NCBI GenBank assembly: GCA_963750165.1
Contig: CAVVPN010000004.1
Coordinates: 96,001-160,000 of the forward strand
DNA length: 64,000 nucleotides
Direction: 5' to 3'
Source of the DNA: an uncultured Gemmataceae bacterium
Lineage (GTDB): Bacteria > Planctomycetota > Planctomycetia > Gemmatales > Gemmataceae
Made by a program: the position numbers and the translations under genes. Under the pieces are notes generated by a model that searched no databases, was not told the origin of the DNA, and saw only the letters and a list, made by a program, of their open reading frames with translations. The stretch's first letter is position 1. Every line of letters begins with the position of its first letter. This document shows, in pieces, positions 30,962-39,863 of the stretch.

Positions 30962-31705
30962 ATGTCGCAGGCATTTCGGACCGAGGATTTCACCCAGGCG
31001 CTTTTGGTCGTCCGTGGACTGAGCCGTGAACACGGTTCAGCGGCGACCCGGGTCAGCGCGCTCCGCGGGGTGGACCTGGACGTGTACCCGGGCGAGTTCG
31101 TGGCGGTCACCGGCGCCTCGGGCTCAGGCAAGAGCACACTGCTGCACCTCGTCGCTGGGTTGGACCGGCCGACCGCAGGCAGCATCCGACTGCGGGGCGT
31201 GGACGTGGCGGCCCTCGGCGAGGACGACCGGGCACGTCTGCGGCGCCGGCACATCGGGATGGTGTTCCAGTCCTTCCACCTGCTGGAGACGCTTACCGCC
31301 GAGGAGAACGTGGCCCTGGCCCTGGCCATCGCGGGCCGCCCGCCCGTGGAGGCGCGGCGGCAGGCAGCGCGGTGGCTGGGTTACGTCGGGCTTGCTTCCC
31401 GGCGCACGCACCGGCCGCACGAACTCTCCGGGGGCGAACAGCAGCGCGTCGCCGTCGCCCGTGCCCTGGTGATCGAACCGACCTTGTTGCTCGCCGATGA
31501 ACCCACGGGCAATTTGGACAGTCACCAGGGCGAGCGCGTCCTGGACCTGCTCCGCCAGGTGACCGACGAACGCCGGCAAACTCTGATCCTGGTGACCCAC
31601 GACCCGAGGCACGCCGCCCGGGCGGACCGTGTCATTTTCTTGCACGACGGCCGTATCTCCGCCCCGGCAGGGCACAGCCTGGGTTTGCCCGCCACCGCGG
31701 CCTGA
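30962..31705 (+). CDS. ABC transporter ATP-binding protein (LolD/MacB-like)
   Basis: [33 protein letters not shown]. Confidence 0.95.
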   Translation: MSQAFRTEDFTQALLVVRGLSREHGSAATRVSALRGVDLDVYPGEFVAVTGASGSGKSTLLHLVAGLDRPTAGSIRLRGVDVAALGEDDRARLRRRHIGMVFQSFHLLETLTAEENVALALAIAGRPPVEARRQAARWLGYVGLASRRTHRPHELSGGEQQRVAVARALVIEPTLLLADEPTGNLDSHQGERVLDLLRQVTDERRQTLILVTHDPRHAARADRVIFLHDGRISAPAGHSLGLPATAA

Positions 31706-31732
31706 GCGTCTCGGGGACGGAGGCCCTCCCTC

Positions 31733-34225
31733 ATGAGACTGTGGACATTCTCCGCGCGCGAATTCGGGCGGCGGCGCGGCCGCATGCTGCTGACCCTTGC
31801 CGGCATCGCCCTGGGCATCGCGGCCGTGGTGGCCACGCGCCTGACCATTCACTCCGTCCGCGCTGCCTACGCGGACCTGTACGGGACCACCGGGCGGGCG
31901 CAACTTGAGGTGAGTGCCCTGGGCGGGGGAGGCTTCGACGAGGCCCTCGCCGACACGTGCTCCTCGGTTCCGGGAGTCGGAGCGGTCGTGCCCCGTGTTG
32001 TAGGCGTGGTCGCCCTGCTTGGGCCGAAGGGTCGAATGCCCGTGCTCATCCAGGGAAAAAGCGTTGAGGGCACGGCGGCCGGCGACACCTGGATTTGTTG
32101 CCAGGGTCATTGGCCCAGCGGGGGCGGGGAAGCTTTGCTGGACTCCGGGATGGCTGACCGTCTCGGCCTGCACCCAGGAAACCGAGTCTTGCTCTGGGCG
32201 CCTTCCGGGGCGGCGGAACTTTCCCTGGTGGGGCTGCTGCGGCCGGCGCGGCCACGCGCCATGGGTGGCAACCTGATCGTTACGTTCGAGACGGCACGCA
32301 ACCTACTGGGGTTGGGCGCGCAAATCAACAACCTTGAGATTTCCCTCGACCGCGGGGCCGACCCGGATGCCGTCCGAAGAGCCCTCGAACGCCGTCTTCC
32401 ACCAGGGTTGGTGGTAGCCGAGGTGGGCCACGGGGACCAGCTCGCCCGGGGGACACTGGCACCGACCGAGCAGGGACTTTCGGCACTGGGAACAGTGGCC
32501 CTGGTGGCGGCTGCCTTTGTGTTGCTGAACACCGCGTTGTTGAGCCTTCATGAGCGCCGTCGAGACCTGGCCCTTTTGCGGGCACTCGGCACCGGCCGCT
32601 GGCAACTCTGGTGGTTGCTCACCCGCGAGGCAGTGGTGCTGGCCGTCCCGGGCACCCTGGCCGGCCTGGGCCTCGGTCTGATGATGGCGTGGGGCCTTGT
32701 CGCCGCCATGCGAGAGTTCCTGGATGCCCCGCTGGGGGGGCTGATCCTCACTCCTGAGCCCTTCCTGCTCGGTTCAGTGCTCGGGCCAGGACTGACCCTC
32801 GGAACCGCCGCCGTCCCCGTCTGGTGGACCGGCCGCCACAGTCCCCTTGGCGACCTCCTCATGAAGAGGCCAGTCGCGAACCGCACCAGTGGCCTGCCGA
32901 CCTGGTTGGACTGCGCCTTGCTGGGCGTGGGCCTCTGCCTGGCATTCGGCATTTGCCGAGGCTGGTTCCCGCCTACCGCGGCGGCCGGCATGTTCCCGTC
33001 AGTGTTGGTGATCCTCCTGGCCGGGAGCGCCTTGAGTGTTCCCCTGGTGACGACCCCTTTGCTCTGGCTCGCGGGCAAAGCGCCCCTGGGACTGGAGTTC
33101 CGACTCGCTGCTGGGCAACTCCTGCAGCGCCCGGGCGCACCCACCTCATTCTGGGAGTGCTCTTCCTGTCCGTGGTGGTGGCCGTGGGCTTTGGCCACGA
33201 GGTTGGAACCACGCTGCGCGACCTGAGGCAATGGTACCGGCACACTATCGTCGCAGATTTCCTGGTCCGCAGTAGCATGCCGGATACCACGTTCTCCCTG
33301 ACCACAGCCATGCCGGAAAGCCTTGGCGACGACCTCGCGCACTCGGTGCCGGGTGCCATCGTTGACCGGATTGCCTTTATCCCGGGCAAGGTAGGAGAAG
33401 AGCCTGCCCTGGTGATTGCCCGAACCTTCTTGCCCGGGGGACCGTTGCCATTGGACCTGCAGGGGGAGGACCCAGGGGCCGTCCTGGCCGGGTTGGAACG
33501 CGGCGAGGTGGTGCTGGGGACGGCGCTACGCGCGGCGGCTTGGCGTGTCTCGCGGCGGGGTGGTCCAGGTAGCCACACGGTACGGTCCGCACGCCTGTCG
33601 GGTGGCGGGCCTGACCAGGGAGTTCGCTGCCGGAGGCTCTGCCCTGTACCTCAACTGGGACCACGGCCGGGATCTGCTGGGGGTTAACGGGCCTCACGTC
33701 TTCCTGGTCCGTTTGCCACACGGGGAACCGGCGGTGGGCGCGCTATGGGATTTCTGTGAGAGCCGCCATTTGATGCTGGAGTCCAACGCCCAACTGGCCC
33801 ACCAGATCGATCAACTGGTGGCGCGCGCCGCCGCGGCTCTGTGGTCACTCCTCGCAGTGGCGTTCCTCGTCACCGGCCTGGGGATCCTTAACACCTTGAC
33901 CGTGAACGTCGCTGAGCAGGCCAGGGATTTCGGATTGCTACGCGCCCTGGGGTTGACTCGACTGCAGACGTGTTGGGTGGTCCTGGGCCAGGCCCTCCTG
34001 CTTGGCATGGCCGGATTGCTGCCGGGTCTTCCTGTGGGTCTGGTGCTGGCCTGGTTCATGCGCCACGGCGCGGTGGGCGGCGGAGGGAACACCTGCGTCA
34101 ATCCCGATCCTACGGTCCTGATTGGAACGGCCGTGGGGACACTCGTGGTCACCGTGGTGGCGACGCTTGGGCCGGTCCTCCGTGTCAGCCGGCGGTTGAG
34201 CATGGAGATGTTGGCAGATTCCTGA
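31733..34225 (+). CDS. FtsX/MacB-like ABC permease (two-module); frame breaks near 33140 and 33530
   Basis: R.LLTL.GIALG, ERRRDLALLRALG, second module with FGLLRALG; spread over three overlapping ORFs. Confidence 0.82.
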
Positions 34226-34518
34226 ATCGTCCCCGCGCTGTCAACATTTGAGGTGACAACGCCCCGAGAGTCGTCAGTGGTTGGAGTAATGGCAACCAGG
34301 CCACACTGGGACAGTTCGCATCAAATCCCTGTCGAGTAGCTGAGGCGGACGAGCGGCTGCGTCCAGGAGCCTTGAGCACCCCCGTTTGGCTGGGCTGAGC
34401 GTGTTCGGAATGCTGGATCGACCGCGGGTTCGGCGCGACGCCGAGTTACCCATCACCACCTGCACCCGGCCATTGACCCAGGCGGTCGATCAGCCGCGAC
34501 CGTGTTCTACGGGACTGA

Positions 34519-34594
34519 ACCGCTACGCCGCAAGCGGCGGAACGATGGGGCCGGCGCTTCAACCCGTCTGTTCCGCCGCTTGCGGCGTAGCGGT
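34519..34594. repeat. REP-like 25-bp inverted repeat (GCCGCAAGCGGC family)
   Basis: ACCGCTACGCCGCAAGCGGCGGAAC ... exact reverse complement; related sequences at about 47558-47580 and 55847-55926. Confidence 0.85.
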
Positions 34595-34596
34595 CC

Positions 34597-36708
34597 TTAC
34601 TTGCCCTTCGGCGGCGTGCGCGACAGCAGCAGCAGCGTGCCGGCCGTGGCCACGAACGTCCGCGGCCGCGCCTTCTCGGCGTCGGCGACCACCATGCCGT
34701 TCTGGGCCACCTTGAGCCGGGCCCCCAGGCACAGTTGCAGGTCCTGCCCCTGGAAGCGATAAATGCCCGGCTCCTGGAACCCCGGTTTGGGCGGAAACAC
34801 GTCGAACTTCTTCGGCTCCACGAGCGGATCGATCTTGAGGAAGCACGTCTCGGCCCCGCCGTCGCCGCCGTGGTGCAGCGTCACGGTCTGGCCGACCACG
34901 ACCACCTTCAGCCCCACCGGATAGGCCGCGCCCTTGCCGGCCGCCGAAGTCGTTTTGACATACCAGGTGCCCTGCAACAATTCCTGCTCTTTCTTGAGAA
35001 TGGCCACCACGTCCACCACCGGCTTCGGCGCCGCCGGCTTCTCCAGGATGCGCACGTCCTGCACGACGCTCGGGCCGGCACTGGACTTGACCTTGAACTG
35101 GGCCACGCCCTTACGCTCCGCACGCACTTTCCAGGTCACCGCCGTGAGCGGATTGGCCACCGTATCCTTATCGGGGGGCAGCATGACGACGGCCCGGGTG
35201 GCGTCACCCTCAATGACCAGGCCCTTCGGCACCGCCAGCGTCAACTTCTGCCCCGGCTTCGCCGCCGCCACCAGCGCCACCACCTCCGCCTGGCCGCCCT
35301 CGTAGAGCTGGCCGCCGACCACCAGGCCCAGCGCGCCAGTCTTGTCGCCGGCGTAGTTGCCCAGGCCGTAGCTGAAGCCGACCTCGCGCTTCGCCCCGGG
35401 TGCCAGCGGCTTCGCGTCCCAGTACAGCACGGCGGCCGAGTCCGGCGGCGTCAACGCCTTCATGGACACCAGCGGCACGTTCCACTGCGTCTTCTCGCCG
35501 CCAGCCTCCTTCAGCCCCAGCATCGGGCTCGGCCACGCCCCCAGCGTCACCCGCGTCGGCGCCTCCACCGTCCCGCCCAGCTTCAGCTTGACGCTCGCCA
35601 CCGTGCCCGGATCCTGCAGCCGTTTCGGGTTCTCCAGCGCTTGCAGAAACGGCGGTATCTGCTCGCCCTTCAGGTCGAGCAGCGTTTCGCACAGCGCCGT
35701 GTGGCCGGGCACCACGAACGGCGCCCCGTCGTTGGTGCCGATGTAGGTGTCCAGCAGAAACCGCAGCCCCACCTTGTAATCCCGTTTCTTGCTGGTGTTC
35801 TCGATGGTGTACAGCACCTGGCAGGTGTCGAGCTTGCGCGTCTGTTCGCCGCGCACCAGCTCGACCGTTTGCGTCACGCGGATGGGCAGGTCGTCGGTCG
35901 TCCACACCGAGCGGGCGCCGATGCGGTCGCGACCCAGCGGCAGTTTCTGCACCTCCCAGCGGCCGCCGCTCACGCCCAGCACCAGTTCCACACCATCGAC
36001 CTTCAGACAGGTGTTGCAGGAGCGGCCCAGCGGGTCCGCCAGCAGACGCTTGAATTGACCCGGCTGCATCGGATCGGGTTGCGGCGGCAGCAGCTGCAGG
36101 CCGAAGCGCATCGTTGGCTCTTTCAGCATCGGGTCGCCTTCGTGGAACTGCAACTTGAGATACTGTTTGGTGTCGAAGACTTCCGGCACGTCGCGGATGG
36201 GCGGCATCGGATCCCGCTTGGCCGTGAGCGCGGCGAGGCGCTGCTTGACGGCCGCGGCGGACTCGCCCTGCAAGCCGGGCAGCGCCTTTTTGTACCAGTA
36301 CACGGCCCGCTCCTGTAGTCGCTGTTTCGCGTCGCCGGCCTCCGCCTGGGCCAGCTCCCACCAGTCGTCGGCCAGTTCGCGGCGGTGTTCGGGGTGGGTC
36401 GGGCCGCGCACGTCGGCGCGGGCCAGCAGCTTGTAGCGCTGATCGCTGCTCTTCATCAGGTAAGGCAGGCCACGGTCCCAGTCGCCCAGCACCAGGCACA
36501 GGTACTTGCCGGCGGTCAGGTTCGCGGGGCCGTCCGCGGGCGCCTTGGCCAGCACGGCGAGCGCCTTCTGGTACGCCGCCTCCGCCTGCTGTTTCTGCTT
36601 GTCGCCGACGGGCTGCGCGACGGCGCCGAGCCAGGCACCGCCCAGGAACAGGGCGGCCAGAATGAACACACGGCTGCAGCGGAGCGCGGCGGCCTCCAGT
36701 GACTTCAT
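34597..36708 (-). CDS. secreted multidomain protein (helical N-domain, uncharacterised beta domain, Ig-like domain, TIGR03067-like C-domain)
   Basis: GAGG RBS, signal peptide; GDWDRGLPYL helical region; LLDTYIGTNDGAPF core; LQGTW...KIDP...GIYR..G..L.LC C-terminus. Confidence 0.8.
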   Translation of the reverse strand: MKSLEAAALRCSRVFILAALFLGGAWLGAVAQPVGDKQKQQAEAAYQKALAVLAKAPADGPANLTAGKYLCLVLGDWDRGLPYLMKSSDQRYKLLARADVRGPTHPEHRRELADDWWELAQAEAGDAKQRLQERAVYWYKKALPGLQGESAAAVKQRLAALTAKRDPMPPIRDVPEVFDTKQYLKLQFHEGDPMLKEPTMRFGLQLLPPQPDPMQPGQFKRLLADPLGRSCNTCLKVDGVELVLGVSGGRWEVQKLPLGRDRIGARSVWTTDDLPIRVTQTVELVRGEQTRKLDTCQVLYTIENTSKKRDYKVGLRFLLDTYIGTNDGAPFVVPGHTALCETLLDLKGEQIPPFLQALENPKRLQDPGTVASVKLKLGGTVEAPTRVTLGAWPSPMLGLKEAGGEKTQWNVPLVSMKALTPPDSAAVLYWDAKPLAPGAKREVGFSYGLGNYAGDKTGALGLVVGGQLYEGGQAEVVALVAAAKPGQKLTLAVPKGLVIEGDATRAVVMLPPDKDTVANPLTAVTWKVRAERKGVAQFKVKSSAGPSVVQDVRILEKPAAPKPVVDVVAILKKEQELLQGTWYVKTTSAAGKGAAYPVGLKVVVVGQTVTLHHGGDGGAETCFLKIDPLVEPKKFDVFPPKPGFQEPGIYRFQGQDLQLCLGARLKVAQNGMVVADAEKARPRTFVATAGTLLLLSRTPPKGK

Positions 36709-37088
36709 GATGATTTCCTCGAAAACGGATCGCGTCGGGGCGGGGTTCGGGTGCTGGCTGTTCTCTGTCACTGTAGCGGCCCTGGCGGTCGCATTCAAGA
36801 AACTGTTGTGGCGCCGGGAGGGGCGTCTGCGCGAGTAGGGAGGGCATACCGGGCGGTGTCAAGCCGTGCCAGGGCGTCTGGTCTCGATGTACAAAAGTTT
36901 GGCACCCTTGGCACCCTTGCGCGGCCTGGCAATCGCCGGCACGCCGGGAAGCGTGCGTCCCGTCCCGAAACGGATTTCCAGAATTTTGTCCGGCAGGCCC
37001 TTGCTTGCCAGGGTGCGGACGCGGTAACATTGAATTTCACAATCACTCACTTCCCCCCGAGCTGTCCGATAATGCGAGGAGTTGAGGC

Positions 37089-38739
37089 ATGCAGGCGACT
37101 ACCAACGGCGCTGCGAAAACCTCGATGAACGAGGCCAACGAGCGCGACCCTTTCAACAACAACTCATACGGCACCATCGTCGATGGCGGCTACAAGCTGA
37201 TCAGCCTGCCGGTGCTGGATGTGCATGACTTCAACGAGCGCATCATCCGCGGCTACGAGGAGGGCTGGGGCGAGCACGACCTGCCGGCGGACCTGTCCAC
37301 GGCCCGCTCGCTGGTGCCCGCCGGCACCGCCACGCTGCGCGACTTCAGCAACATCGCTCCGGAAATCCCCGAATACATCCCCGAGAACTGCACCGGCTGC
37401 ATGGACTGCGTGACCGAGTGCCCCGACACCGCCATTCTCGGCAAGGTGCTCTCCGAGTCCGAGTGGCAGGAGAAGCTCCAGGCCATTCCCGAGGCGGATC
37501 GCGAGGCGTTCGCCAAGCTGTGGTCGAAGACCAAGAAGTACTATGACGCCGGCAAGAAGAAGGTCGGCGAAGGCGGCATGTTCCAGATCATCATCGACCC
37601 GTCCAAATGCAAGGGTTGCGCGGAGTGCGTCACCGTCTGCGACGACCTGGCGCTGAAGATGATCGAGAAGACCGACGACATCATGCTGTGGTCGCGCAAG
37701 GCGCACCGCTACTTCAAGAACCTTGGCCCGTCCAACGACAAGTACATCAGCGACAGCCTGCTGATCGACATGATGCTCAAGGAGAAGACGCACATTTACG
37801 TCGGCGGCGCCGGCTCGTGCGCCGGCTGCGGCGAGGGCACCGCGCTGCGGATGATGTGCTCCGCCACCGGCTCGAAGTACGGCGACCAGTGGGGCATCGT
37901 CGCCGCCACCGGCTGCAACACCGTGTACACCTCCACTTACCCCTACAACCCCTACCTGGTGCCGTGGACGAACTCGCTGTTCGAGAACGCGCCGGCGGAC
38001 GCCATCGGCGTGCGCATGCGCTGGGACCAGATGGGCTGGCAGGACAGGCCCATCTGGTGCATCGGCGGCGACGGCGCCATGTTCGACATCGGTTTCCAGG
38101 CGCTGTCGCGCATGCTGGCGAGCGGCCACAACATCAAGGTGCTCGTGCTGGACACGCAGGTGTATTCCAACACCGGCGGTCAGGCGTCCACGTCGAGCTA
38201 CACCGGCCAGAACACGAAGATGTCGGTGCATGGCAAGGCGGTGGCCGGCAAGCAGGAGCGGCGCAAGGAGATCGCGCAGATCGCCATGATGCACCCGCGC
38301 ACCTTCGTGGCCCAGACGACCTGTGCCCACGTCAACCACTTCTACAAGTCGGTGCTGGGGGCGCTGGAGTTCGACGGCCCGGCGCTGGTGGTGTGCTACA
38401 CGACCTGTCAGCCGGAGCACGGCGTCGGCGACAACATGGCCGGCGAGCAGGCCCGGTTGGCGGTGGACACGCGGGCCTTCCCGCTGCTGATCTTCGACCC
38501 CCGCAAGGGCGACAAGCTCAAGGAGCGGCTGTCGCTGCAGGGCAACCCCGGCGTGAAGGACGACTGGTACGTCAACCCCAAGACCAAGGAAGAGGTGACG
38601 TTCATCGACTTCGCGCAGCGAGGGCCGTTTCGCCAAGCACTTCGACAAGGACGGCAACCCGTCACCGACGCTGCTGCACGCGAAGCAGGATCGGCTGGAG
38701 AACTGGCATCTGTTGCAGGAGCTGGCGGGGCTCCGTTGA
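37089..38739 (+). CDS. 2-oxoacid (pyruvate):ferredoxin oxidoreductase ferredoxin + TPP-binding subunit; frame break near 38615
   Basis: CTGCMDCVTECP and CKGCAECVTVC, SCAGCGE, ATGC, NSLFEN, GGDGAMFDIG, YSNTGGQ; the C-terminus SEGRFAKHF...LQELAGLR* is in another frame. Confidence 0.9.
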
Positions 38740-38746
38740 ACCAGCG

Positions 38747-38835
38747 GTCAGAAGTCAGAGGTCCGAAAGACAGAAAAGCCAGCCTGACCTCTGACCTCTG
38801 ACCTCTGACCTCTGTCCTCTGACCTCTGATTTCTG
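38747..38835. repeat. heptamer tandem repeat with inverted partner
   Basis: About 7 x CTGACCT at 38784-38832, preceded by degenerate GTCAGAG units. Confidence 0.85.
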
Positions 38836-38838
38836 GTC

Positions 38839-39156
38839 ATGAACGCACCGAAGGCCACTCACGACTACGCCCCACAAGGGCTCGCCGCGGCGCTGGAGTT
38901 TTTGAAGCGCATCCGCTCCGAGTTGCGCGCCCTGCGCTGGGTGCGCGTCGGGAAAGATTTTTTGCGTGTCATTGATGTCAACCACGATTACTTCGAGGTG
39001 CGCGGCATCAGCTACCGCGACGCCGATGTGATCGCGTTGTTGCAGAACCTCAACGCGGCCTTCAACCCGGAAACGGTTCACCACGACACCGACGCGGAAT
39101 TCAAGGAGTTCGGCGTCGGCAAGTGCGTCCCCTGGGCGTATGACCGCGTGATGTGA
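38839..39156 (+). CDS. hypothetical protein
   Basis: 105-aa ORF with host-like codon usage. Confidence 0.7.
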   Translation: MNAPKATHDYAPQGLAAALEFLKRIRSELRALRWVRVGKDFLRVIDVNHDYFEVRGISYRDADVIALLQNLNAAFNPETVHHDTDAEFKEFGVGKCVPWAYDRVM

Positions 39157-39199
39157 AATCGCTCGCCCCATCCCTCTCCCTGGAGATCGAGTCCTCGCC

Positions 39200-39628
39200 A
39201 TGACGACATCCACGTTAACCGAACAGGCCGCGACCAACACGGTGCTGGTGGACCTGGAAATGCTGCAAGGCACCTGGGTCACCATTTCCGGACGGCGCGA
39301 GGCGGAGCTGCTCTTCGCCGGCCATCACTTCACCGTCCGCTTCCTGGACGGCGACCTCTACATGGGCACCATCGCCCTGAGCCTGGACGGCCACCCGAAG
39401 GTCATGGAAATGACCATCGACGAGGGGCCGTCGCACCACCAGGGGAAGGTCGCCTGTTGCCTGTACGACCTGGCACCCGACGCCCTGCGCTGGTGCGCCC
39501 CCGACCCTGGCTCAGGCGACCGGCCGCGCTGCTTCCCGCCGTTGCAGGACCGGCGCTTCCTGACACTGCTCTTCCGCCGCGAACAGCCGCTGCCGCGCAA
39601 GGACTGGGTGCCGGACAAGCCGCGCTAG
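39200..39628 (+). CDS. TIGR03067-like domain protein
   Basis: DLEMLQGTW, PK..., G..Y.L..D.LRWC, RP..F; no signal peptide. Confidence 0.72.
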   Translation: MTTSTLTEQAATNTVLVDLEMLQGTWVTISGRREAELLFAGHHFTVRFLDGDLYMGTIALSLDGHPKVMEMTIDEGPSHHQGKVACCLYDLAPDALRWCAPDPGSGDRPRCFPPLQDRRFLTLLFRREQPLPRKDWVPDKPR

Positions 39629-39799
39629 GCCTCGGAGATGGGGCGCTGGGTGGCGCTTCCAGGGCGGGGAAGCGGCAGACCTGGGTATTGCCCGGTCACG
39701 GCCAGCGCGTGCAACTGCCGCAGGATGAGATGCGGCGGCAACTGGCAGCGCTGGTGGCGCGGATGCAGGGTTGAACGATTGCCAGGTCCGAACGCCTGG

Positions 39800-39858
39800 T
39801 CCGAGCCCGAGCGCCAGCGCGGGGCCTGCTTGGCCCCGCGCTGGCGCTCGGGCTCGGA
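39800..39858. repeat. 27-bp perfect hairpin between convergent genes
   Basis: TCCGAGCCCGAGCGCCAGCGCGGGGCC-tgctt-reverse complement. Confidence 0.85.
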
Positions 39859-39863
39859 GCGTA

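Noticed and set aside
34230..34515. Possible small gene or att site at the right edge of the putative acquired block
   Set aside because: No credible ORF, tRNA, integrase or direct repeat matching the left edge was found by eye.
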